DNA of 64,000 nucleotides. It comes from an uncultured Ruminococcus sp. Lineage in GTDB: Bacteria > Bacillota > Clostridia > Oscillospirales > Ruminococcaceae. The stretch covers positions 954 through 64,953 of the forward strand of contig CAMNCU010000003.1 of the NCBI GenBank assembly GCA_946534605.1, read 5' to 3'. Positions within the stretch are counted from its first letter, which is position 1, and each line of letters starts with the position of its first letter. Below are positions 38,301-46,222 of this stretch, in pieces. The notes below the pieces were generated by a model. It did no database searches, had not been told where the DNA came from, and saw only the letters and a program-made list of their open reading frames with translations. Position numbers and translations under genes: made by a program.

Positions 38301-39354
38301 GAAGATGTATCTTCAGGATAATGCTTCCGGTGCGTCCGGTACTTCCGCTCAGGATTTAATGCAGGCTTATGCTTCCGCTTCCGGTACTTCTACAGAAGAC
38401 CTCATGAAAGCTTATGCTGCTTCGACCGGCATGTCCACAGATGACCTCATGAAAATGTATACTGCTCAGAATTCTGAAACCTCTTCCAATGCCGGAAACG
38501 CTTCCGGAAAAGTCATGACCCCCGAAGAAATGATGAAAGCCTATCTCGACGGCTCTATGTCTCAGGAAGAACTTATGAATATCTATGCACAGCAGCAGGG
38601 CATGTCTCAGGAAGATATGAAAGAAATGATGAGCCTCGCCGAACTCTCCGAAACCGAACTCGCCCAGAAAATGGATGAGTATATGAAAGACCCTGACGAA
38701 GATACCCTTCTCGAACTCTATGACAGATATATCGCTTCCGGAAGCTATGACGACAATATGAGTACATTCGGCGTTGTCAGCATGGATGCGCCTTCTGCTA
38801 TCGAACTTTATGTAGACAGCTTTGAAGCCAAGGAATCTATCCAGAAATGCATTGATGACTATAATGCAGATGTTCCCGAAGAAGACAAGATTCAGTATAC
38901 AGACTATGTCGGCTTGCTGATGAATTCCGTCACAACGATTGTCAACGTCATTTCTTATGTCCTGATTGCGTTCGTTGCCGTTTCGTTGATTGTTTCTTCC
39001 ATCATGATTGGCATTATTACTTATATCTCCGTACTGGAACGGACAAAAGAAATCGGCATTCTCCGTGCCATCGGCGCGTCCAAGCAGAATATCTCACAGG
39101 TATTCAATGCCGAAACGTTTATCATCGGTCTGTGTTCCGGGCTGATTGGTGTCGGCATGACAGAACTGATTCTCATCCCCGGCAATTTTGTGATTCATTC
39201 CCTCGCCGATACTGATGCTGTCAGTGCGGCTCTGCCGTTTGCAGCAGCCATTATCCTGATTATCATCAGCGTGATACTGACCTTAATCGGCGGTCTGATT
39301 CCGGCAAAGAAAGCCGCTACCAAAGACCCTGTCACCGCACTCCGTACAGAATAA
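35362..39354 (+). CDS. Fused ABC ATPase / FtsX-type permease (MacB-like) with a ~900-aa extracytoplasmic insert
   Basis: N-terminal ATPase (GPSGSGKTT, MSGGQMQRVAIARAL, LLADEPTGALD). TM1 at about aa 262-285. FtsX block ERTKEIGILRAIGASKQNI and three C-terminal TM segments. An acidic linker and a Met-rich repeat array lie between. Confidence 0.8.
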   Translation: MLQIKNIRKQYVTGDLVQTALDDVSLNFRDNEFVAILGPSGSGKTTMLNIIGGLDRYDSGDLIINGISTRQYKDRDWDSYRNHTIGFVFQSYNLIPHQSVLSNVELALTISGISKAERRRRAKEALEKVGLGNQVHKKPNQMSGGQMQRVAIARALVNNPAILLADEPTGALDSETSVQVMEMLKEVARDRLVIMVTHNPELAYEYATRIVKVKDGRIQEDSMPFDSAKEQPGHHENMGKSSMSVLTALGLSFNNLKTKKGRTLLTSFAGSIGIIGIALILSLSNGVNTYIQDLQKDTMTAYPISIEAQSFDFTTLMLSGQNKKKEKFLEDADHKLDGVYSDGSNLEMASTFKTSLKENNLTEFKKYLDDPESEINSYIGENGIVYNYDTRFSVFTHDEDGELVNTDGSTLSEDNNYMVNMMLTTSFTSTMPSNSSNNFEQLMPGAEGTLVSPTVTQHYDLLYGSMPNAYNELVLVLDKQNEIPLTVLYQLGFLPSEEYKDLMKRVRDGEEVTLDSQKISYTEICSQKFYLVPECDFYEEKQDGLFKKTNASDTEKIETLLDDALELKITGVIRPNDDTDTTLINSAVGYTHALTEYLIDYTNKSDVVRAQEKQEDVNILTGMHFDADNDKKEKIQDITNYINDLGISEKAMMYQTTMMIEQMRKSDSSKDEEETTENSPVQNVSYQSPRDAQVFGLAFHPESVSVRPLSELSFPEEETFTEPEEPETAFTETSFSESETIPESDTEPETESIPEETEEPTEPETESDSASETESESESEPESETESESETEALPPDLTPELLMQYLEQLKENIANAIGTEKENIDAAIESQKQAAEQRQQYLDNAMRAGDELLHDFYHTLKAIASLGNLIPDTSSMSQEDLLRMYLEQMGGGAASGGGMNMQDLMSMYSSASGMQDLLNQGSGGQSLQDLMSMYTAASGMQDLLNFSSNPAAMSGTGTSAQDLMKMYTAASGVSQEDLMKMYLQDNASGASGTSAQDLMQAYASASGTSTEDLMKAYAASTGMSTDDLMKMYTAQNSETSSNAGNASGKVMTPEEMMKAYLDGSMSQEELMNIYAQQQGMSQEDMKEMMSLAELSETELAQKMDEYMKDPDEDTLLELYDRYIASGSYDDNMSTFGVVSMDAPSAIELYVDSFEAKESIQKCIDDYNADVPEEDKIQYTDYVGLLMNSVTTIVNVISYVLIAFVAVSLIVSSIMIGIITYISVLERTKEIGILRAIGASKQNISQVFNAETFIIGLCSGLIGVGMTELILIPGNFVIHSLADTDAVSAALPFAAAIILIIISVILTLIGGLIPAKKAATKDPVTALRTE
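37990..38631 (+). repeat. In-frame array of about a dozen degenerate [E/Q/D][D/E]LM(K/S)MY-type repeats
   Basis: aa 877-1090: SQEDLLRMY, MQDLMSMY (x2), AQDLMKMY, QEDLMKMY, AQDLMQAY, TEDLMKAY, TDDLMKMY, PEEMMKAY, QEELMNIY, separated by Ser/Gly/Ala spacers. Confidence 0.8.
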
Positions 39355-39363
39355 CGTTCCCGT

Positions 39364-39391
39364 CAGCACAGTTTTTCCGGAAACTGTGCTG
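39364..39391 (+). terminator. Intrinsic terminator
   Basis: Arms CAGCACAGTTT and AAACTGTGCTG followed by a T-rich tract. Confidence 0.65.
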
Positions 39392-39398
39392 ATTTCTC

Positions 39399-39427
39399 TT
39401 GCAAAATCCGGAAAAATATGCTATAAT
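39399..39427 (+). promoter_or_regulatory. Sigma-A-type promoter
   Basis: TTGCAA (39399..39404), 17-nt spacer, TATAAT (39422..39427). Confidence 0.6.
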
Positions 39428-39460
39428 CTAATTATTACCATAATTCAGGAGGATGATTTC

Positions 39461-41404
39461 ATGAAATCTTATCAGTTCAGAAGATGTGCTGCTGCTCTGA
39501 CAGCACTTTCCCTTTGTCTTGCTTCTGCCGTTTCGGCGGTGTTTCCGGCGAAATCAGAAATTCTGCTGACCGCTTCCGCCGCGGATGACATGCAGATTCT
39601 GACAGACAAAATCAACGCGCTCCGCGCAGAAAAGAACCTTTCCCCTGTTGTGCTGAATGCGGATGCCTGTGAAGCTTCCGCTGTCCGTGCCGCGGAACTC
39701 GCGCAGAAAGTCTCTCACGAACGTCCGGACGGCAGAGATTCTTTCACCGTTCTGGAAGAAAAAAATATCTACTATACCAAAGCCGCCGAAAATATCGCTG
39801 TCACTTCTGAAAAAGACCCGGAAGCCGCTTTTGCTCAGTGGCTGAACAGTGAAAGCAATCTTGAGAACATGCTCGGCGAAGATTTTGAATATCTCGGTGC
39901 TGCCTGTGCCTATGATGCCGAAGATTTACAGACCCCGTATCACTGGCAGATTTTCCTGTTTACCGGACAAGTACCCGGTATCAGTCAGGAAATTCCGGCG
40001 GATTACGCACAGACTGCCATGAACGAAATCAATGCGCTCCGTGCTGAAAACGGTGCAGACCCTGTTTCCCTTCACGATACCGCCGCAACTGCCGCACAAC
40101 TCCGCGCTCAGGAACTCGCGCAGTCTTTCACCCATACCCGCCCCGACGGCAGTTTGCCCACCACTGCCCTGACAGAACTCGGCATTACCCTCAGCTGTGT
40201 GGCAGAAAATATTCTTCTGACTGCCCTTCCGGATGCTTCTCTTGCCGTGGAATACTGGAAAAACAGCACAGGACATTTTCAGAATATGATTAACCCGGAA
40301 TTCCAGTCTATGGCAATCGGCTGTTATTATGACGAAAATGCCAATTCCGAAACGCCGTACTGCTGGTGCCTGTTCCTGTTTACCGAAGATGACGGTTCAG
40401 AGACTCCCGAGATTTCCACAGAACAGAAGAAAACTTCCCTTCTGGAACAAATCAACACGCTCCGGAAAGAAAACAATCTGCCGGAATTCCAGACTATGCC
40501 GGAACTCTCCGGAGTTTCTGACTTACGCGCTGAAGAAACCGTACAGGAATTTTCTCACAGCCGACCGGACGGCAGCAGTTATACCACCGCTCTGGAAGAA
40601 GCCGGCATTCCGTTCGTCAACTCGAATGAACTGCTTGCCGCCGGACGTTCCGAAGCAGAAGAAGTTCTCAAGCAGTGGCTGAATCAGGAAAGCTCGGAAA
40701 AACTGCTTCTGAGCAGTGCTTACTCTCATATCGGAATCGGCTGTTATGCAGATGCGTCCGCGCCGTATCAGTATTACTGGACACTGGTTTTCATCAGTTC
40801 GCCGGGCAGCAATGTGCAGACTATGCTGGACAGTATCAACAGTCAGCGTGAAGAAAATCAGCTTCCTGCCCTGACCCTGAACGAAGAACTGAACGCTGCC
40901 GCGGATGTCCGCGTGAAGGAACTGACGGAATCGTTCAGCCATACCAGACCGGACGGCTCGAACTGTCTGACAGCTCTGGATTCGCTTTCTTATCAGGCAG
41001 GGAAAAAAATGGAAATCTTTTCTTCCGGAAATCCTGACCCTGCCGAAGTTCTGGAAGCTTGGCTCGATTCCAAGACGCATAAAGAAGTGATTCTGAATCC
41101 GGATTACACGAATATCGGCATCAGTTTTCTTTCCGACCCGGAATCAGAATATCAATATTACTGGGAAATCTGGTTCACGGACGGAACTGCACAGTCAAAC
41201 AGCGGCGAACTTCCGGGCGATGCCGATTTGAGCGGAAAAATTGACATTCTGGATGTCATTACCGTGAACAGGGCGATTCTAGGAAAAGAAACCCTCGATA
41301 CACAACAGCTGAAAAATGCTGATGTCAACCATAACAGCAAGCCGGATGCTGCTGATTCTCTCCAGATTATGAAATATATTGTCGGTCTGGTGACAGAATT
41401 TTAA
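39461..41404 (+). CDS. Secreted protein with four CAP/SCP (PR-1-like) domains and a C-terminal dockerin
   Basis: ATG 39461 after AGGAGG, then a signal peptide. A ~130-aa unit occurs four times (N.LR.E......L......A..RA.EL...FSH.RPDGS ... W..S..H). The dockerin GDADLSGKIDILDVITVNRAILGKE... is nearly identical to the xylanase dockerin. Confidence 0.75.
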   Translation: MKSYQFRRCAAALTALSLCLASAVSAVFPAKSEILLTASAADDMQILTDKINALRAEKNLSPVVLNADACEASAVRAAELAQKVSHERPDGRDSFTVLEEKNIYYTKAAENIAVTSEKDPEAAFAQWLNSESNLENMLGEDFEYLGAACAYDAEDLQTPYHWQIFLFTGQVPGISQEIPADYAQTAMNEINALRAENGADPVSLHDTAATAAQLRAQELAQSFTHTRPDGSLPTTALTELGITLSCVAENILLTALPDASLAVEYWKNSTGHFQNMINPEFQSMAIGCYYDENANSETPYCWCLFLFTEDDGSETPEISTEQKKTSLLEQINTLRKENNLPEFQTMPELSGVSDLRAEETVQEFSHSRPDGSSYTTALEEAGIPFVNSNELLAAGRSEAEEVLKQWLNQESSEKLLLSSAYSHIGIGCYADASAPYQYYWTLVFISSPGSNVQTMLDSINSQREENQLPALTLNEELNAAADVRVKELTESFSHTRPDGSNCLTALDSLSYQAGKKMEIFSSGNPDPAEVLEAWLDSKTHKEVILNPDYTNIGISFLSDPESEYQYYWEIWFTDGTAQSNSGELPGDADLSGKIDILDVITVNRAILGKETLDTQQLKNADVNHNSKPDAADSLQIMKYIVGLVTEF

Positions 41405-41411
41405 ATCAAAA

Positions 41412-41438
41412 GATTCCCCCTGTTTGTCAGGGGGAATC
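41412..41438. terminator. Bidirectional terminator
   Basis: 11-bp arms GATTCCCCCTG and CAGGGGGAATC between convergent genes. Confidence 0.7.
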
Positions 41439-41440
41439 TG

Positions 41441-41614
41441 TTATTCTATAATCTCGAACATGCCCATCATGCCGTGAAGCTTTGTTCCCACGTCGCTCCC
41501 GAACGGCAACAGCGCAACCGCTACCGGAAACAGTTCCGGATTATCGGCATCCAGCTGTTTCAGCTGTGCATAGTCGCCCTGAATATCTGTGATAATATAA
41601 TCATGCATTTCCAT
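41441..41614 (-). CDS. 57-aa hypothetical protein coupled to recN
   Basis: ATG 41614 lies 5 nt after the recN stop, with AAAGGA upstream. Translation MEMHDYIITDIQGDYAQLKQLDADNPELFPVAVALLPFGSDVGTKLHGMMGMFEIIE; TAA at 41441. Below the track cut-off. Confidence 0.4.
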   Translation of the reverse strand: MEMHDYIITDIQGDYAQLKQLDADNPELFPVAVALLPFGSDVGTKLHGMMGMFEIIE

Positions 41615-41619
41615 AAAAA

Positions 41620-43296
41620 TTATCCTTTCTGAATGATTTTTTCCAGTTCTTCCCTTGCGTTCTCCAGCATGAGTGCGCTTGGATTTTCTCCGCCCATGAT
41701 ACGCGCGATTTCCTGAATCCGCCCTTCAAAATCCAGAAGATGCACCTGTGTGACCGTGCGTTCCTGTTCGGTATGTTTTTCAATCAGATACTGTGTATCT
41801 GCCATGACCGCAATCTGTGACAGGTGTGTGACGCATAACACCTGCTTGTCCCGGCTGACTGCCCGGAGTTTGATGCCGATTTTCTGTGCGGCTTTTCCGC
41901 TGACTCCCGTGTCGATTTCGTCAAAAATCAGCGTCGGAACGTTTCCGGCAATCACGGATTTCAGAGCGAGCATGATTCTGGAAAGTTCGCCGCCGGATGC
42001 AATTTTAGAAATCGGCTTCGGTTCTTCGCCCTTGTTTGCCGAAATCAGAAACAGTACGGAATCCCGTCCGTGAACGGTCAGCTTGCCTTTCTCCTGCTGT
42101 ACGCTCAGAATCACATCCGGCATGTCCAGAAACTGTAATTCTCCGGCGACGCGCCGGGAAAATTCCACAGCTGTCCGGGCGCGGTATTCGGAGAGCGCGT
42201 TCGCCTTTTCGGTCACGGTTTCCAGCAGTTCTGCTTTCCGGGCTTCGAGCGCGTTGATTTTTTCGGTATCTTCCTGCATGGTTTCGATTTCTTTTTTTGC
42301 CGTTTCGTACATGCGGATTAACTCATCAAAATCACAGAAAAACTGCTTCTTTGCCTGACTGATTGCCTGATACCTCTGCCGGATGCGGAGCAGTTCATTT
42401 TCATCAAGAGCAATGCTTTCGGAAAGTCCCTGCAAATCCTGTGCAATGTCTTTGAGTTCAATCAGACAGGACTGTAACCGCGCCGGAATCTCACCGGTTT
42501 CCGGATAGACATCTTCAATTTCCTGTAACAGCACCATAGCAGAACGTACCTGTTCCGCTGCCGAACCTTCCTGTTCCGTACCGAGCAGTCCGGCACTCCC
42601 GGACAGTGCCGAAATAATCCGTTCGGAATTCTCTGCCTGAATCAGAGCCGTTTCGAGTTCATCTTCTTCGCCGGGTTTCAGGTGCAGTGCGCCGATTTCC
42701 TGAATCTGCTTTTGCAGAACCACGGCTTTCTGACGGCGTTCCTGTTCTTTCTTCTTTCGTTTGCCGAGTTCCTTTGCCACGCTCTGGAGTTCCCGGAAAG
42801 ATTTCTGATATTCTTCCAGAAATGACGGATTTCCGCCGAATTCGTCCAGAATCTGCAAATGATTCTCTGGATTGAGCAGAATCTGGTTGTCATGCTGTCC
42901 GTGAATGGAAATCAGCAGAACGCCGATTTCCTTCAGAGCCGAAACAGAAGCCGTTCTGCCGTTGATTCTGCCGATACTGCCGCCGTCCGCACGGATTTCT
43001 CTTGTCATGGTAATCTGCTGTTCTTCGCAGGAAACGCCGCGTTCGGAAAGTATCTGCATGACTTCTTCCGAAAGATTTGTGAACAGTGCCGTAATGACCG
43101 CGCGGTCACAGCCGGTGCGCACCCAGTCACGGGAGACTCTCTGCCCCAGAACAGCCTGAATGCCGTGAATCAAGATAGACTTTCCGGCTCCGGTTTCGCC
43201 TGTGAATACATGGAATGCATTCTGAAACCGGATGCAGGCTTTCTCAATCACGGCAAGATTTTCAATATATAGTTCTTCAAGCATAGTTTTCCTCAC
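41620..43296 (-). CDS. recN: DNA repair protein RecN
   Basis: 558 aa. SMC-like, with N-terminal Walker A GETGAGKSIL, a long coiled coil, and C-terminal GGELSR plus Walker B. Confidence 0.9.
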   Translation of the reverse strand: MRKTMLEELYIENLAVIEKACIRFQNAFHVFTGETGAGKSILIHGIQAVLGQRVSRDWVRTGCDRAVITALFTNLSEEVMQILSERGVSCEEQQITMTREIRADGGSIGRINGRTASVSALKEIGVLLISIHGQHDNQILLNPENHLQILDEFGGNPSFLEEYQKSFRELQSVAKELGKRKKKEQERRQKAVVLQKQIQEIGALHLKPGEEDELETALIQAENSERIISALSGSAGLLGTEQEGSAAEQVRSAMVLLQEIEDVYPETGEIPARLQSCLIELKDIAQDLQGLSESIALDENELLRIRQRYQAISQAKKQFFCDFDELIRMYETAKKEIETMQEDTEKINALEARKAELLETVTEKANALSEYRARTAVEFSRRVAGELQFLDMPDVILSVQQEKGKLTVHGRDSVLFLISANKGEEPKPISKIASGGELSRIMLALKSVIAGNVPTLIFDEIDTGVSGKAAQKIGIKLRAVSRDKQVLCVTHLSQIAVMADTQYLIEKHTEQERTVTQVHLLDFEGRIQEIARIMGGENPSALMLENAREELEKIIQKG

Positions 43297-43733
43297 CTGT
43301 TCTGTAATTTTGCGGTCAGTTCCTCTGCCAGCTTTCTTGCCTGCGGAGAACTTCTGACCAGTACAAAGATAGTATCATCTCCGGCGATGGTTCCGACGAT
43401 TTCCGGATGATTCAGGTCGTCCAGAATCGTGCAGACTGCCTGCGCCGTGCCGCTTCGGCACTTGACACACATGATAGTACCGGCATGGTCGATTTTTATG
43501 ACATTATTCGCGAGCAGACCAATAGCGGACATAGCGGAATCCCGTTCCTGATAGTAATAAAACCCATTTTCATCTGCCTTTTTAATCAGCTGTAACGTCC
43601 GGATATCGCGTGAAACAGTTGCCTGTGTCACCGGAAAGCCGGACTGTGCAAGCAGTTTCTGCAAGTCGTCCTGTGTATTGATTTTTCTGGCATGAATCAG
43701 CTTGAGAATCATTTCCTGTCTGGCGTTACTCAT
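43293..43733 (-). CDS. argR: Arginine repressor
   Basis: 146 aa from ATG 43733. Winged-helix VTQATVSRDIRTL and the C-terminal GTIAGDDTIFV motif. Confidence 0.85.
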   Translation of the reverse strand: MSNARQEMILKLIHARKINTQDDLQKLLAQSGFPVTQATVSRDIRTLQLIKKADENGFYYYQERDSAMSAIGLLANNVIKIDHAGTIMCVKCRSGTAQAVCTILDDLNHPEIVGTIAGDDTIFVLVRSSPQARKLAEELTAKLQNR

Positions 43734-43753
43734 AAAACAAACAACATCCTTTA

Positions 43754-44641
43754 TCAATATATTTCTGTTTTATTTTCAGAAAAGCCCTTGATGGACTGCA
43801 TTAGCTTCTGATTGACGGAATCAAAAAAGCCGCTTTCCCTCATGCCGATGATTGTGACAGTATGTCCGGACTTGCGGATTTCGAGGGAATCTTCCGGCTG
43901 AAACAGTACCGGGTGTTCTCCGTCCGCGCTGATATAGATAGGTCTTTCCGGGTCGGCAGTGTGCCGGATGGTGACAGTTCTTTCCGCAGACAGCAGCAGC
44001 GGACGGTTAAACAGCGAATGCGGACAAATCAGGGTCAGTTCAATGCAGGAAAGTTCCGGTTCCATCAGGGGACCCCCTGCCGAAAGCGCGTAGGCTGTCG
44101 AGCCGGTGGGCGTACTGCAGACAATGCCGTCCGCGCGGTACTGTCCAATCAGCGATTCATTCGCCATCACCGAGAACGGAAACACTTTCCCGTAAAAGCC
44201 GGAAACCACAATATCATTCAGGGCAAGAAAGTGAAGATTTCTTTCTTCCTGTTTCAGGACGGCTTCCAGCAGCATGCGTCTGGAACGGAAATATTCACCG
44301 CAGAATAAGTTTTCGAGTTCATTCAGCTGTGTGGCTTCCAGACCTGTCATAAAGCCCATATGTCCGGTATTGACACCCAGCAGCAGTGCGCGTGAGCCAA
44401 TCATCTCTTTGGCACAGCGGAGCAGCGTGCCGTCTCCGCCGATGGCAATGACAGCCTCCGCTTCCTGCGCCAGAACTGAAAAATCTCCGTATTCTACATA
44501 CTCCAGACTGGAAAAATATTTCTGATGGGAACGGTCTGTCCGGATTTTTCCGCCGAGTCTGTGCAGTCTGACGCAGGCTTCTATTGCACAGGTCAGGGCA
44601 TTCGGTTTCTGAAAATTCGGATAGATGACAAAATTATGCAT
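43754..44641 (-). CDS. nadK: NAD kinase
   Basis: 295 aa from ATG 44641 (GAGG 6 nt upstream) with the GGDGTLL motif. Confidence 0.85.
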   Translation of the reverse strand: MHNFVIYPNFQKPNALTCAIEACVRLHRLGGKIRTDRSHQKYFSSLEYVEYGDFSVLAQEAEAVIAIGGDGTLLRCAKEMIGSRALLLGVNTGHMGFMTGLEATQLNELENLFCGEYFRSRRMLLEAVLKQEERNLHFLALNDIVVSGFYGKVFPFSVMANESLIGQYRADGIVCSTPTGSTAYALSAGGPLMEPELSCIELTLICPHSLFNRPLLLSAERTVTIRHTADPERPIYISADGEHPVLFQPEDSLEIRKSGHTVTIIGMRESGFFDSVNQKLMQSIKGFSENKTEIY

Positions 44642-44654
44642 AATATTCCTCACT

Positions 44655-45488
44655 TTACTGCAAATCGATGACAACGAGTTCCGGGCGGTTATAGAAACGC
44701 GGAATTTTCGTAGATTCTCTGGCAAGTCCGCGGCTGACTATCATTGTGACGCTGTTTTCCTGATATTCTCCCCCGGCGAATTTCGGGAAAAATCCCTGAT
44801 TCGGCGCATAAAGCCCGTTGAGAATGCCGGGAATCCGACATTGACCGCCGTGAGCATGTCCGCACAGGACTAAATCAAAATTCAGATTTTGATACTCCGG
44901 AAAGAGTTCCGGACGATGGGACAGCAGAATGCTGTATGTTCCGCCGGGAACAGAATCGCTTAACAGCTTCATCTGCTGTCCGGTGCTGTTCCTGTTTTCG
45001 GAATAAGCGAGGCTGTCCGGGTCGTCGATACCGCCGAGATACAGCTTCTGTCCGCCGATTTCGAGTGTTTCTGCCGTGCCGGAAAGTATGTGTATCTGAT
45101 GTGCTTTCAGGAACTCCATATTCCGGAGAAATTTTTCTTTCGGAGACCAGCCCTCATGATTTCCGGTGACATAATAGCAGGGATATGTTTCTGAAATGCC
45201 GGCAAGGGTGATTTCGGTATTTTCGTCAGAGCGTTCGTCATCGAAAATATCTCCGGCGAGGGCGATGATATCCGGATTCTGCTCGTCTATGGCGGAAAGC
45301 AGAGTTTCCTGATTCTTTCCGTATTTGCAGGAATGCAAATCCGTAATCAGCACGATTCTGACCGGACTGGTAATTTCTTCGGCATCCAGTTCATAATGCC
45401 GGACAAGCATTCTCTGGTCAAGTCCCGGCAGAATCAGAATCAGCAGAATGACGAAAAGTATCAGTTTGATTTTTTTCTTCTTGTTCAT
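44655..45488 (-). CDS. Membrane-anchored metallophosphoesterase (YkuE-like)
   Basis: N-terminal TM segment and calcineurin-like motifs DLH, GDIFD, GNHE, GHAHGG. Confidence 0.75.
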   Translation of the reverse strand: MNKKKKIKLILFVILLILILPGLDQRMLVRHYELDAEEITSPVRIVLITDLHSCKYGKNQETLLSAIDEQNPDIIALAGDIFDDERSDENTEITLAGISETYPCYYVTGNHEGWSPKEKFLRNMEFLKAHQIHILSGTAETLEIGGQKLYLGGIDDPDSLAYSENRNSTGQQMKLLSDSVPGGTYSILLSHRPELFPEYQNLNFDLVLCGHAHGGQCRIPGILNGLYAPNQGFFPKFAGGEYQENSVTMIVSRGLARESTKIPRFYNRPELVVIDLQ

Positions 45489-46222
45489 GGCGTTTCCTTC
45501 CGGAGATATAATAAATACTCAAGATTGCCGCTTCCGCCCTGCACCGGAGATTCACAGGAATCCATCACCCGGAATCCGGTCTGTCCGGCGAATGCCGAGA
45601 TTTCGGAAAGTACCTGTTTCCGGATTTTCTCAGACCGGACAACGCCCTGTTTGTTCAGGGCTTTTTTTCCGGCTTCAAACTGCGGCTTCACCAGAGCGAT
45701 ACATTCGGCAGAATCCGCCAGAATCGCGAACGCTGACGGCAGTATCAGTTTCAGCGAGATAAAAGAAACGTCAATACTGCAAAATTCCGGACGAAGGTCA
45801 AAATCATCCGGAGTCAGATTCCGGATGTCTGTATGTTCCAGATTTCTCACACGGGGATGAAGTTTCAGGCTTTCCGCCAGCTGGTCATGACCGACATCGA
45901 CAGCATAGACCAGTTCCGCGCCGTGCCGGAGCATACAGTCGGTGAATCCGCCTGTAGACGCACCAATATCCAGACAGACTTTCCCTTCCGGATTCGCCGG
46001 AAATGCTGTCAGTGCGCCTTCCAGTTTCAGTCCGCCCCTGCCGACAAACGGCAAATCTTCGACTTCCAGAACATCACTGTCAGAAACCATCACAGAAGGC
46101 TTCCGGCACGGCTGCCCGTTCAGCAGAACCTTTCCTTCTGTTATCAGCAGTTTCGCCCGTGAACGGCTCTGACAGAGTTTCCGTTCCGTCAGCGCGATGT
46201 CAATCCTTGTTTCCATAAGCAT
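45485..46222 (-). CDS. tlyA: TlyA-family rRNA 2'-O-methyltransferase
   Basis: S4-like N-terminus and SAM motif DIGASTGGFTDC. The start is uncertain between two ATGs 6 nt apart. Confidence 0.8.
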   Translation of the reverse strand: MLMETRIDIALTERKLCQSRSRAKLLITEGKVLLNGQPCRKPSVMVSDSDVLEVEDLPFVGRGGLKLEGALTAFPANPEGKVCLDIGASTGGFTDCMLRHGAELVYAVDVGHDQLAESLKLHPRVRNLEHTDIRNLTPDDFDLRPEFCSIDVSFISLKLILPSAFAILADSAECIALVKPQFEAGKKALNKQGVVRSEKIRKQVLSEISAFAGQTGFRVMDSCESPVQGGSGNLEYLLYLRKETP

